Shown here piece by piece: positions 23,522-35,941 of a DNA stretch of 64,000 nt. The DNA lies in contig NC_088792.1 of assembly GCF_011386835.1 (NCBI RefSeq), forward strand, positions 289,540,001-289,604,000. The letters run 5' to 3'. Every line of letters begins with the position of its first letter. Position 1 is the stretch's first letter. Both the position numbers and the translations under genes were made by a program. The stretch is from Chrysemys picta bellii (lineage: Eukaryota). The notes below the pieces were generated by a model, which was not told the origin of the DNA, ran no database searches, and saw nothing but the letters and a program-made list of their open reading frames with translations.

Positions 23522-23975
23522 CTGAGGAAATTAACCAAGAGTTAAAGTTCAGTTTATACCCAACTATACGAGCTCCTGTGTCTCTCACCCTTCTCTTTAC
23601 CAGCAACCACAGAAGTGGTTCATTTTTAATTAGCTGCTCAACTATGGCCTGTCAGACTCCAGTAAATCAGAGAGAGCTGGGACCTAAGTTAGCAAGGAAA
23701 GAGAAAGCCCTCAAGGTGGTGGTATAAAGTAGAAGGGATGCCCAGGGCTGTGACAAGGAAACGAAGCTCTCACATGGGAAGGCGTAACGAGCATCACCAG
23801 TAAAGATGCATGGAACTACGTTCCTAGTGAAGGATGAAATCCTCCAGACAAAAGCCAGTGTTCATAGTACTGCACAAGGTTCCAGTTGCATAACTCCCAC
23901 GAAAGCCACAGCCCAGCTGATGGGACTCTCATTGCCTCCCCACGACAGCTGTCACACTCCTAGCAAGCTGCTTAC

Positions 23976-24129
23976 GTGAGAGCTGGGTGGTGCCTCAGAC
24001 ACAGATGTTCCTGGAACAGAGGTTGTATTCCAGTTGTAAAACGCAGGTGCACACTCTCTGCTTGTGTTCTGTGGGTGACTTGCCATGGACTTTCGGGCTG
24101 AGACCACCAGTCTGCCAGGAACGTGTTGG
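23976..24129 (-). CDS. NUGGC-like: NUGGC-like exon 20 (QHVPGRLVVSARKS...EAPPSSH)
   Basis: tttattttctcgaattcAG acceptor, GTaagc donor; 154 nt, phase 2 to 0, bridges exons 19 and 21. Confidence 0.72.
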
Positions 24130-24240
24130 CTGAATTCGAGAAAATAAAAATATCAAGGAGGGGTATTTAAACAGCAGAAGGCTGAAAGAGACTAAAATAG
24201 AGGTCACGTCACCGCTAATTCAATACCCACTGGAAACATA

Positions 24241-25035
24241 GGCCTTGTCTACACTACACAGTTTTGTTGGCAAAACAGTGGAGGTGTACATACTACAATG
24301 ATACTTTTGGCGGCAAAAACTCTCTCGTTTTGCCGACAAAATAAAACCACCTTGACGAGAGGCGTAGAGATTTTTGTGGCGAAGTTAGAGTGATGAAGTG
24401 TCAGTGTAGACACCGCATTCACCTGGCCTCCAGGAAGTATCCCACAATGCCCACCGTGACCAGTCTGCTCACTATTTTGAACTCCGCAGCCCTGCATCCA
24501 GCTACACAGGCACGTCCGTTCCCCCCGCCCCCCCAAAGCTCCAGGAACTGTGGAAATTCCTCAGCGTGCAGCACTCACATAGATACTGCCCACTTGAGCA
24601 CTACAGCAGCAAACACACTCCTGCCTAGACTACAGGGGAGGGGTAGATCATCTTGGTCTGTGGGAGAACTCCGAGAGAATCTCAAAATCATTAATGTGGA
24701 ATCCTGCTCTCCTCCGCACTAGGAACACAGCGGCAGGCAGGGCTGGCGGCTGCTGGAGGATGCCCATGGAAGGATGGGATTGAGAAACCTGCATCACGCG
24801 ACGCTGTACCTGCCCAGGAAGCATTGCAAACCCTTCCCAAAGCGCCCTGCGGCCAGTTGCACAGGGGGTAGCTACCACAGTGCACTGCTCTCTGTCTGAA
24901 CGCAAGAGCTGCTAGTGTGGATGTGCTCTGCCAACACAAGGAACAGAGTGTTGACATGCAACAGCAGTTTAATGAAAGCAGTGGTGTGTGTCATCATAAC
25001 TCGCATCGACAAAACTCTGTAGTATAGACAAGGCC
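24241..25035. mobile_element. Harbinger-type non-autonomous element (about 0.8 kb)
   Basis: TIRs ggccttgtctacactac / gtagtatagacaaggcc. Confidence 0.82.
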
Positions 25036-25574
25036 TCAGAAGAAGGACAAAGGTGCAGAGATACCATGGTGACGGGCCAGAAAAAACCCTCAGAGAGAAA
25101 GCGATGAGTCTGAATAGCCCATTATATTTATTCTGGACAAGAAATTTAATTTAGATTGTTTCACCTCCAGAAAGAGACCTTAACTGGAAGAGGCTCTTCA
25201 TTTACAAAGAGGCTGGAGAGACATGGTGCTGTAACATTCAGGGCCAAAGCAGTGTAATTAATACCAATTCACAGGATCTTGTATAAGAGAGGACTTGTCA
25301 AAGAAACTTTTTTTTTTTTGTCTTTTTACTTTTTAATGTCTTCTGCATATTCCCATCTGCAGGGATTTAACCAGCAGTACTAAGAACGTGGATTCTAGTT
25401 GAATAGAGGTTGGACAATTGCCCTCCCAAAGCAAGCGTCCTCCGCAGATGCCGAGTCGATGGTATTCCTGAGTAAGTCTGTGTACTCAATTCCCAGTCGC
25501 AGTCCCGTGAAGGCAGGGCACTAATACAGCCTTTGTCCTATTGGAATAAGCCCCAATCTTCTCAGGAAAAAATG

Positions 25575-25950
25575 GTTACTCACCTTCTCGTAACTGTTGT
25601 TCTTCTAGATCGGTTGTTCATGTCCACTCCAATCAGGTGTGTGCGCGCTGTGCGCACAACACCCAGAAGATTTTTCCCTTAGCAGTATCCAGAGGGTCGG
25701 CCTGGACGCCCCTGGGAGTCGCGCCTTCATAGCGCCCAATATAGGGCCCTGCCAACCCGATCCCCCTTCAGTTCCTTCCTGCCAGCTACTTCGACAGCGG
25801 GGTAGGTGGGTGGGTATTGGAATGGACATGAACACCACATCTCGAAGAACAGTTCTACCTCCATGAGCCAAGGTGTATTGAGAGTGCCTATTGGGAGGTA
25901 GGTGGTAAAGCTGAGGTTTCCACATGGAATGACTATAGGAAACTACACTT
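25575..25950. mobile_element. Isolated DIRS terminal-repeat-like fragment
   Basis: ttactcaccttctcgtaactgttgttcttc... resembles the DIRS ends at 18424 and 45775. Confidence 0.55.
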
Positions 25951-26316
25951 CAATGGGCAGAGGAAAAGTGGGGGGCTGGATTGGATGAGCAACCGGTAAT
26001 GAGTGTTTTCCAGCTCTGAAGCCTATAAATCTGAAAATATCTAATTTTAATTGTATTTACATTTTGTCACCAAGTCTCTCTTCGAAACTTGGACTTTGCA
26101 GGACACATTTCAATCTTGAGCTGAAATTTTTGTGGACTTTTGAGCTCGTAAAAAAGTGATTTTCTGACAGGGCCTGCTAAGTATTTAAACTGTATTTAAG
26201 CGGAGACAGGGGGTCATGTACGATAGTGTGCTGCAATACCTGCTGTCGCTGTTGAGACCTTTCACTGAAAGTACGGCTACCTGAGCAGGGAAGCCCCGAG
26301 GTCACCATGCAGTTAC

Positions 26317-26552
26317 CTCGGTAGATGGAACCCAGCAGGTTCCACTTCTGGGCTTTGTTCTATGGTTTTGCCTTTGTGCTTCTTCTCCAACTGTGACTGG
26401 ATCTCTCCTCCTCCTCTCTTTCTGCCATATGGATAACACTTCACGCCAGGGAGCAGGGGCTGCTGTGCGATGGTGAAGACGGTTGGTTGATCTGATGGCA
26501 AACTGGAAGGTGGGACCTCAAGAGTCTTTTCTTCGTCATCATATTTTAAGTC
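26317..26552 (-). CDS. NUGGC-like: NUGGC-like exon 19 (DLKYDDEEKTLEVPP...YGRKRGGGEIQSQLEKKHKGK...GFHLP)
   Basis: ttttttccctcttccctAG acceptor, GTaact donor; 236 nt, phase 0 to 2, open. Confidence 0.8.
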
Positions 26553-27683
26553 CTAGGGAAGAGGGAAAAAAATTAAATACCTGCTAAACTGAACATGCTA
26601 AAATGCAGCCTGCAGCAACCTTAACTTCTGCATTCTTAACCATGTATCTCAAATGCTTTCTTAACCCATTTTGTAGGGAATTTCCTTGGGTTCTTTCTTT
26701 GGTTTAAAAAAGAATATGGATTCCCCCTCCCCCCCCAGAATTCAGTGAAAACACAGCAAGAGTTCCAGGAGCACTGAACAAGATGAACAATAGCTGAGCC
26801 CGTAACAGCTTACAATTCAAAAGTATGCAGCTTATGCCACCTGCATACGCATGCGCAACACGGCCGCCTTTTGCCGTACACTTTATAAAAACCAATGAGA
26901 TGATGAATGCAGAAGTCTACTCAAAAACAGCACATATATTTCAAAGGCTCATAAGTCAGTTAAATTACAAAAGCTTTTGCTTAAAGACTCTCCAAAAATA
27001 ATTCACCTTCAGATAGAGATTAACAACCCTAGATAATTTCAGCTCAAGAGGTCAGAATTCCTGAAAGATGAGTGACTAAACACCATGAAATAATATTTTA
27101 TCTCCATCATCACAAGAGACAAATCAAATGAGAATTGCTGCAGGTGGGCTATCATCCAACATCTGGCAGGGGCAGAGATCCATGATCAAACCATGGATGT
27201 TAGAGTGGTTACATTCAAGAGTCTCCCAGAAGCGAAGCCTCGCAGCAGCACAGGGCAGAAAGCTTGTTGTGGTGACTTGCTAAACTAAAGGTACAAATAC
27301 AGTATGGGAGTTTGTAGTTAAGTCATGCGTGTCTGTCTGATTAGGAAGTAGGTCTGATAGATAAATACAAAAAACAACCACCCAAAAAAACAAAAATCAT
27401 TGCAAGACAGTGAGAATTCACTATGTCACTAGAACTAGATTCTACTTGAGGTTGAAGAATCTGTTCAAGAGCAGATGATCTATTAACATGTAGGGCAAGG
27501 CCCCAGTCTTTCAGGACAACTCTTCAGGACTGGCTGGCACTCATCTGTGGAGCTCAAGTATCTGATAATACCAGCTTTCCCAGCAAACAGCCTCCAATTC
27601 ATTCTCTCTTTGGAAACAAGCTTGTTTTCTGATAGTCACCCTGAAATTCCCACCTCTAGACTGCAGAACTCATGATGGCTCAC

Positions 27684-27853
27684 TTTGACAGTGTAATACA
27701 CCCCCAGCGATTCCAGTTTCTCTCTTCCCTGCTGCAGATTTAGTTCCCGGAACCAAGGTATGCCCCCATGTCTTGCCGAAATGAATTCTATCAAGCTATG
27801 GAAAGATGATGGGTCCTGGAGCTTGTCCAGGATAATGAGAGCCTCCTGGTTAC
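27684..27853 (-). CDS. NUGGC-like: NUGGC-like exon 18 (NQEALIILDKLQDPSSFHSLIEFISARHGGIPWFRELNLQQGREKLESLGVYYTVK)
   Basis: ctgtctttatacctAG acceptor, GTgagc donor; 170 nt, phase 1 to 0. Confidence 0.85.
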
Positions 27854-28273
27854 CTAGGTATAAAGACAGTACAATTAAACTACATTACATAGCGCAACAT
27901 AAACTAATCTCAGAAGCGTGAAGGAGCTTTTTATATCACTCCCCCCACTTCCTACTGGCTGTTGTTTCTAGGAATCCAATATGTTCGGCGGAAGTCTCAG
28001 AATGTTTATATGGTTTATGTAGCACAGCAACACCAGGTCTATGGAATAACTCAAATTAGCATAGATACTGCTCCATACAGAAGACACAGCAGGAGAACTT
28101 CAAAGAAACTCCTGCTGGCTCCACACATGATTATGATAATGACAGATGGAAAAAGCTCATGTGGGTGTATGTGTGGTTTCCCCCTCCACCAGTTAGGACA
28201 GGGAAGACAAGGCACACCTACTATTGCAAAACACATTAGCCCATTGTAGTGGTTCAGACTTTAAATTACAGTA

Positions 28274-29395
28274 CAGTAACTCCTCATTTAACGTTGTCCC
28301 GGTTAACGTTGTTACGTTGCTGATCAATTAGGGAACAAGCTCATTTAAAGTTGCACAATGCTCCCTTATAGTCGTTTGGCAGCAGCCTGCTTTGTCCACT
28401 GCTTGCAGGATTCTCTGGAAGAGGAGCCCCTCCTTGTAGGGATTAGAACCAGCACCCTCCACCCGCGTGCCCACCCCCCCCCCATCACCTCCCCTAAATT
28501 CCCCGTAAGATATGTGGCTCGGCAGCTGCCCAGCAGCCGTTCAGCTGTCCCACCCCCATTGCCGTGCTGCTCCTGCCCTGCCCTCTGCCTTGGAGCTGCT
28601 CCCAGGAGCTTCGACCTTGCTGGAGGAGGCGGGGGAGAGGGGTGCTGGTATCAGGATGTCCCCCTGCTCCTGCCCCGTCCCCCACGCCGTACCACAAAGT
28701 GGAGGAGGAGGGACAGGGCTAGGGGACAGAATGGAGGGAGCTTGCTGGAAGCTGTTGCTTCCTGTCTGATCTGCTTAAAAGGGGTCTGCTTAAGTACTTG
28801 AGGTGGGGTCAGCGTACTCAGAGGGGCAATGCACATCTCTCTCTCTCATGCACGTACGCCCCCAGCACTTTGGAAAGTCAGCACCTGTGCATGTGCTGTC
28901 TGGAGGAGGGAGTGGTGCGCTCCAGCTGGATAGCATGGGCTCATCATCATGTTCAGTATTTGCAGGAAAGAGTTTGCAGCTACTGCCCTGCATCTATTGT
29001 GTTTCCTCCCTTCTGCCTCAGTCCATGCTTCCCTGTAGAGTGTGAGGCTACATTAACAACAGCATATTAACTCTTGAGAGCTCAGCAGAGTCCTAGTTAA
29101 TCATTTGGCAGTAAGGCATTCCCTGGAAATAACCCACCCTCTGACTCCACCACCGCAACCCAGCTTCACATTCATTGTGGTGTACAGTATTAAACCGTTT
29201 ATTTAAAATTGTTTAAAACATATACTGTATATGTATATAATGTCTTGTCTGGTGAAAAAAAGTTTCCCTGGAACCTAACCCCCCCCCCCCCATTTACATT
29301 AATTCTTACGGGGAAATTGGGATTCGCTTAGCATCGTTTCGCATAAAGTCGCATTTTTCAGGAACAGATCTACAACGTTAAGTGAGGAGTTACTG
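28274..29395. mobile_element. Tc1/mariner-pogo (Tigger-like) non-autonomous element
   Basis: TIRs cagtaactcctcatttaacgttg / caacgttaagtgaggagttactg; TA TSD. Confidence 0.88.
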
Positions 29396-29535
29396 TATAT
29401 GGTACATGTGTCTGGTGGAGATATGGAAAACAAAAGCCTTGTACAAACAAAAAGCCCTTCAATAGTTCACAGGTTTATCTAGGTTGTTTTTCAAGACATC
29501 ACCACCACCCGGGAGACATTCCCATTTCCACTCAC

Positions 29536-29676
29536 TTGGGTTGGATGCCTGGACTCCCAATCTGGAATAAATGTTCTTGGCAAACTCAGGAGAGAGATGA
29601 AGGATCAAATAATATAGGTGGAAGCAACATTCACAAAGATACACGCTGCTGAACGGAAGAGTCATGGTGGTATTAT
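29536..29676 (-). CDS. NUGGC-like: NUGGC-like exon 17 (NTTMTLPFSSVYLCECCFHLYYLILHLSPEFAKNIYSRLGVQASNP)
   Basis: catctttcttcctccaaAG acceptor, GTgagt donor; 141 nt, phase 1 to 1. Confidence 0.85.
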
Positions 29677-30515
29677 CTTTGGAGGAAGAAAGATGAGCAT
29701 TTAAAAGTATGCTCACATTTATGCTCCTATGACAGCAAAACCATATTCAGTGTTTCAAAATCTCTGAACATAATATGGTGCCACAGCCAAAGGATGGTGC
29801 TGTCGCTGTTCTATTAGTTTAAATTTATATTATGTGCTTTGTCCAGGTGGAAAGAAAATATCCTCATATCAAAAACCTACTTAAGCCTCCCACATAAGAG
29901 ATTAATTATCTGTTCACTGAATATTCTAAAATGAAAACTAATTTTACAGTGTACAAAGAAAAAACCCTCAATGGAGAATGGCAGTGGATATTAAACACTG
30001 TAATGACTAACTCCTCGAAGCCAGTGACCAGGAGCTTTCTAGGAGCATCAATGCAATCTGCCGGGCTGGGAACTCCTGGTTACTAAGATTTACCTACGGG
30101 GTATCCCCGGGGTGCTCCAAGCCCTAAGATGGTGTGTAGGAAAAAGAGTGGCATGAAGTTCTAGTCTCTCTCTCTCTTCTGAGAGTTCAAATGGAGAAGT
30201 AACAGGAATGTATCCAGCTGTGCCAGAAAGGTGTGAATGGATTCGGTGAGACCAACAATTCTAAAAGTCAATCATTCTGATCAATTCATACTGCCCAGGG
30301 AATGTCCCCATACCAGAGGGACCTTGATTCTGTGTGCTGAGTCCCAATGCTTCATAGCCAAGGCAGAAGCACTGGTCAAAAGTTTCTTTCTTGGGAGTTT
30401 TAAATACCAACTTCAAGGGATTGAAGAAAATCCTTCTATTCTGCAGTTTATAAATGGGGGGTGGGGTGGAAAAAGTAGGGCGTGCACAAAGATAAAAATT
30501 ATGTAGGTTACTCAC

Positions 30516-30549
30516 CTGTCATAGTGATGGTGACTTCTTGCACAGATAT
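30516..30549 (-). CDS. NUGGC-like: NUGGC-like exon 16, 34-nt micro-exon (ISVQEVTITMT)
   Basis: ctgtctcttgtatttttaAG acceptor, GTgagt donor; phase 0 to 1, required for frame continuity. Confidence 0.82.
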
Positions 30550-31289
30550 CTTAAAAATACAAGAGACAGATTTGTTAGGTGATAACTCACTGATTTCCAA
30601 ATAGAACAGTGAGAAAAGACATTTAAAAACAAGGTTGTGGCTGTTTTTCATTTTCCAGTATTGACTCCTGAATGGAACTCTACGATATGTTCACAGAGAA
30701 GCCCTGAAATGGATGACAGGCTTTGCTTTCTCCTGAAGATCACTTTTTGAATTTATTTTGCTAAAAGCTTCTATGAGTTAATAAAATACACTGCAATTGA
30801 GAAATGGATAATACAATTTGCAGTTAAAATATTTCATTTAGAAACCGTTAAGGATGTAAATATATGATACAATTTTATTAGATTTAAAAAAACCCTCATG
30901 TTTCAATTTCCAGATTTTCATAGTTAAGATCCCCCAAACAACTTTATCACTAACTCCATAATTCCACCAACCATTTATATACCCATGGTTTACTCAGCAA
31001 TATAGATACAGGAGATGCAAATGGTAACCATTCATTGTACGGTTTCTGTGTACTTTCAGGCCAGAATTTCATGATGAAGACCTTGAACTCTATCTGGAAG
31101 TGCATAAGGAAGGTAATTCAGAGTAGAACGTTTACTACATACTTTGGAGGGTAGGTGGAGTAGACCGCCCTGTCTAGTTGGCAGTAGCTGTTGATCCGGG
31201 AGTGTATTAAGGCTCATTGGTAGAAATAAAGAGAATTATAAAACACCTACATGAATGAGGACAGGCCAAGCCAGCACACCTTCTGTAAA

Positions 31290-31420
31290 AGAAGCTTACA
31301 CCTCTCTATTAAAATTCTTTATGCATGTCAACAAAATAGTGGATAAAGGGGAATCTGGCAACATGTCGTCTCTGGACACTGCAAATACTTTTGGAAAGTC
31401 TCTCATCAGAGGCTATTCTG
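31290..31420 (+). mobile_element. Ancient CR1 RT remnant
   Basis: HVNKIVDKGESGNMSSLDTANTFGK resembles CR1 VDKGxxVDxxYLDFxKAFD. Confidence 0.55.
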
Positions 31421-31475
31421 CAATTGTGTATGACATTGCACCTTCCTCTGAAGCACTTGGTAGTGGTCAGTGTCA

Positions 31476-31760
31476 GGGCTGGTCTACACTAAAGCTGTAA
31501 GCCAATCTAGGTTATGTTACTTCAGTTACGTAACTGAAGTTGATGTAACTTAGGTCGACTTACAGAGGTGTCTACACCGCGCTGTGTCGATGGGAGACAC
31601 TCTCCCGCCGACTTACCTTCTGCCTCTCGGGGAGATGGAGTACAGACTCGATGGGAGAGTGCTCTGCCATCGACTTAGCAGGTCTTCACCAGACCTGCTA
31701 AATTGACACCACTGTATCGATAGTAGCAGTGCAGATTTAGCCATAAGTATAGACAAGACC
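31476..31760. mobile_element. Harbinger-type MITE
   Basis: gggctggtctacacta...tatagacaagacc; TCA flanks. Confidence 0.82.
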
Positions 31761-31871
31761 TCAGAGGCAGAAGACTGTACTAAAGGGACCTCTAGTTTGG
31801 TCTGGAATGGCAATTAATAGGTCTCTAAAATGTTCAAGCCAAGTGTTGCAACTGGCAAACTTTATATAGTT

Positions 31872-31960
31872 GCATCCAAAGAAGTGGGCTGTAGCCCACG
31901 AAAGCTTATGCTCAAATAAATTTGTTAGTCTCTAAGGTGCCACAAGTACTCCTGTTCTTT
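31872..31960. mobile_element. Penelope-type terminal fragment (common reptile repeat)
   Basis: gcatccaaagaagtgggctgtagcccacgaaagcttatgctcaaataaatttgttagtctctaaggtgccacaagtactcc recognised from memory; class assignment is inference. Confidence 0.6.
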
Positions 31961-32747
31961 TTATAAAAAGCGTTGAAGGAAGCCACAGCGATTCCAAGTC
32001 TGCGGTAGATAAAACCCAATCTAAAAGCCAGCCAGCAGCATTTCAGAAGTACTCAAAGGCAATAACTTTCACTGAGGACCAATGAATGAATAAAATGGGG
32101 GGGGGGGGGGTAGGGGCGGGCGGGCTGGGTTCCTAGGGTCTTAAAAAAAAAAAGTTAGACTTCAAGAAGATAAGTTATTTTCCAACTTCTCACATCTCCA
32201 ATTAATCTCAAATATAAGGGAAAGAAACCCTGTGTCAGGATGCTCCACACAAGAAGTTTCTGCTAGAAAGGATTTATTTTGAACAAGTTAGGGCTCGGCT
32301 AAGGACCAAAATCAAACTTCCCTGGGAAATCTAGTTAAAACCTGAACTACTGAAAGGAGAAACAGCTTTACAATGTGTTCAAACCTGCCCAATGGTAGAG
32401 AGTGGTCACAGAAAGAATGAACATATCCAGTGAGGATAAATTCCAAGAAGAGAAAAAGGGAGAATCTCTCTCATCTAATATTGGAGCAGAAAAAGGAAAT
32501 CCTTCCTGTTAGCATGGAATCCACGGGTATACTATATAATGCCAGTGAATCTTTTGAGACAGAGAAATAGGATGTACCATATATTCTGAGTGTATAGCAC
32601 TTAGAACAACAAGTCTCAAAGTTTCACATCACTTTGGCAGAAGTATTTCTGTCGGTTTCTCTTGTGCCTTCTCTCTTGGACACCCAAATCTGCTCCTACT
32701 TAACATCCCTCCCAACCCAAGGGAAGAGGTGCTTTTAAATTCAGTAC

Positions 32748-32977
32748 CTGAATGGGATTAATGTGAGAAAGTGACATGGTCCCAATGCGGATGATATTGC
32801 ACTTTCCCAAGAAGTTTGGGGGATCCAAGCCTTCCTGCAGCTCCCTCTTTAACGGCAGCTCCTTCCCAGGAGAAGCAGGTACAGAACAACTTTCTGTCTT
32901 GCTGAGGTTGGGAAGAACATAATCTATACGAGATATTTTACAAATCTTGCTGACTTTGGCACAGATGTTCACTAAAT
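32748..32977 (-). CDS. NUGGC-like: NUGGC-like exon 15 (LVNICAKVSKICKISRIDYVLP...GKCNIIRIGTMSLSHINPIQ)
   Basis: Acceptor ...tttaatgttttgtccAG, donor GTactg; 230 nt, phase 1 to 0. Confidence 0.87.
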
Positions 32978-33706
32978 CTGGACAAAACATTAAAGGAACA
33001 AATGTTATTCCCTCCGCTGACCAGCAGTCCTAACGATTCAAAGCTGCACCTGTTATAAACACAAGACACATTGAAGCCAGGCTTTCCACAGCAAGAAATG
33101 GGTAGCATGAACATGAACTGTACCGCTCCCAATAAGCTATGTAACTGGAACACTGCCAGGTAACAGATTTCATGCAATGCTTTCCAGTAGATACACTGCA
33201 CCTTGTATCTGTGTGAAGGCACACCTGGTGCGGCTGGCAGCCCATTCCCAGGAGAGTAGAGGTGCCATTGGTAATGGCTGCATAATTAAAAGGGCCAACC
33301 TTGTGCATCTTCCCCTTTCAGTTGGTGTATACACAATTATGCTTGTGTGTGCAAAGTCTGCCTCTGAGGACACACCACTAGAAGGAGCAGGCACACAGCC
33401 AAATCTGACAAAGGCAAAACTATTTTTTTAAGGACGGCAAAGTACAGTTCAGCTCTCATTTTAGTTCGAGAGCATTACAGTTCAAAACAAAGACAGCACA
33501 AATTCTATCAGCACACTCTGAAGTAGGAGATTACTGAATTAGCTTCAGCAATGCCTACTTGTTACAGCTCACATATGTAACCAGCCTCTAACTGCTCCAC
33601 AAGAAGGTGCGAGTGCTGGGACGTTGTGTCTCTGTTTGCAGCATTTACTCTAGACATTGTTTACAGCAACGAGAGGAAGCCAACGTGCAAGCAAGAACCT
33701 CTTTAC

Positions 33707-33818
33707 CTGGAATAATTCCATCATTTTTCTGGACAGGCTTCAGCATTGGTTCAAACTGCAGAGTCAAGGCTTTAGTCAGCTCCTGAACCAAGCACTCAAA
33801 ACTACCACCGATGTAGAT
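33707..33818 (-). CDS. NUGGC-like: NUGGC-like exon 14 (IYIGGSFECLVQELTKALTLQFEPMLKPVQKNDGIIP)
   Basis: gtcttgttttAG acceptor, GTaaag donor; 112 nt, phase 0 to 1. Confidence 0.87.
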
Positions 33819-34657
33819 CTAAAACAAGACAAGGCTTCAAGGTTTCATGCTGGACACTAATTTTCTTCAACATGGATATTAATTCTCTTTTAGTCAGCAG
33901 GGCCCCTGTTGTTTAGTAGGCTGCTTCACCACTAGATCACTCTAATCAGGCTAAATCTCTTTGATAATCCCCGTATAAGTGAAACTTAGAGAGGAGAAGG
34001 CTCAGGTTGCAGTTTGATACGGAAACCCTGTGCGTTAAGGATCCAGGACACATGCCTCCCTCTCCCGTTTATCTACCCAGTCACTTGGTGAGCTCATGTT
34101 TTTATAGTCTTGTGGACCCGCTTCCTCTCCCATTTGCAACCCGATGGACCCGCTCCCTTCCAGTTCTCAGTTACACAACATGAATAGCCTAGGCTGGCTC
34201 CTCTTCCTTGTTTCCAACTACTTGTACGGGGCACCAGGGCTCTTTGACACCAGCAGCCTAGAAACAGCTGGAAGCAAAGAGGAAGAATCGGCATAATGTG
34301 ACCCCTGCAGCTCATGGACGGCAGTTTGAGGACTATTTTAGTGAACAAACAACCAGTTAGTGAAACTACAAATACATTTTAAAATCTGACACGTTTAAAA
34401 TCAGGTCCAAATTATACGTTTGCTAATGCAGAGGTACTCAACTTTGCTGAAGCACAACAACAGCAATTTTATCATCTTTAATATAGACGTATGACCCCTG
34501 GGACGATGAAAACCAGCATGCAATGCTCTGTCTGAACTGTAGTAGATTTCCTGTATCTCTCTGCCTCTTCACTTCTTTTCAAACCTCATTCGAAGATATA
34601 TTTCATTTATTGTTTAATTCCAAGTACTGTTTTAACGCTAAAGCATACTGAAATATA

Positions 34658-34956
34658 CCGTAGGACCTCAGAGTTATGAACACCTCGGGAATAGAGGTTG
34701 TTTGTAACACTGAACAAAACGTTATGGTTGTTCTTTTAAAACTTTACAACTGAACAATGACTTAATACAGCTATGAAACTTTACTATGCAGAAGGAAAAT
34801 GCTGCTTTCCCTTCTTTTTTTAGTAGTTTACATTTAACACAGTACTGTACTATATTTGTTCTTTTTTTTTGGTCTCTGCTGCTCTTGATTGTGTACTTCC
34901 GGTTCCAAATGAGGGGTGTGGTTGACTGGTCAGTTTGTAACTCTGAGGCTCTACTG
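34658..34956. mobile_element. Tigger-like MITE
   Basis: ccgtaggacctcagagtta / taactctgaggctctactg termini; TA TSD. Confidence 0.85.
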
Positions 34957-35116
34957 TAACAGGCATGTATGACACCATGAAAAGTGGTTTGTAATAACAA
35001 ATCTGATTACTAGTAGTCCATCAATAAGTCAGTTTACTGATTCAAACAACCTAAAAGCACTAGGAGTCAAGTGTGAAAGGAACTGGAGACAGCAATCATG
35101 GTATGTAGCCCTACGG

Positions 35117-35391
35117 CAGTGGTCCCCAACCTTTCAGCGCGGCGCCGGACAACCAGGCGCCGAAATGCCGCCGAGGAGCACAGTCACCGAACAAGCAGTT
35201 GCCGAGAAGTGGCAACGTCAAGAAGTGTCACTGCCGAAATGCCGCGGCTTCTTGACGTTGCCGCTTCTCGGCGGCATTTCAGCGGCTGGTTGTCCAGCAG
35301 CGGCGCTCCTCGGCGGCGGGGCGCTCCCTTGTCAGTAGGCTGGCGCACATAAATGCCATAGTGCCCTCAGGCACCGCATTGGGGACCACTG
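35117..35391. mobile_element. hAT-type MITE
   Basis: TIR cagtggtccccaa / ttggggaccactg; degenerate 8-bp TSD ccctacgg / ccctatga. Confidence 0.85.
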
Positions 35392-35807
35392 CCCTATGAT
35401 ATTGTCCTCATACAGACTCACTTTAAGGAGGCATCCTGCACTCAGCTTGTCTACAGGTGTTTCACACAAAATTTTTCACAGACAGTAGAAAACTTTCCAT
35501 CCAGTCACAGTTTCTTGCAAGTTATTCTCCCTTCTCCTCACTAAGCATGATTAATAGCAGCACTGGAATTGCACCAGGGCTAAAACCCCAGTAAATACTG
35601 CAACGAGAGTCAAACTAAACAGAACGGGAGGGGTCCACTTCTAATACAGGCTGCCATTCTTGCTACTTAACTGCAAATGGAAAAGCTACAATGCTTCTTC
35701 CAAGTCATACAAAACAGCATGGTCCTGTGACCTGAGAGGCAGCAGTTAGATCACATTGTACAAGGCCAGCTACTTTCCAGAAAAGTGCTAATTCGGTTTC
35801 ATCTCAC

Positions 35808-35941
35808 CTGGAGCAGGTCAAGCTGGTGCCATAACTTATCAGTGACACGGTTAAACATGGTCTCTTTCTGACTGTGGACGTGCCTCTGCATAAGATCTTT
35901 CATTCTCTGGAAACAGCCAGGACCATTCAGTTGGCTACAAA
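35808..35941 (-). CDS. NUGGC-like: NUGGC-like exon 13 (CSQLNGPGCFQRMKDLMQRHVHSQKETMFNRVTDKLWHQLDLLQ)
   Basis: catccctctcccgtAG acceptor, GTgaga donor; 134 nt, phase 1 to 0. The GxGxFxRMK motif corresponds to NUGGC GKKACERMK. Confidence 0.92.

Noticed and set aside
25363-25471. Plus-strand exon-like segment with strong acceptor and GTAAGT donor
   Set aside because: Stops in all three frames and no partner exons; at most non-coding.
26990-27070. Minus-strand candidate exon of the GTPase gene
   Set aside because: Stops in all frames; the gene is already in phase without it.
34094-34348. Minus-strand ORF as a GTPase exon
   Set aside because: Exons 13 and 14 join in phase without it; no family motif.
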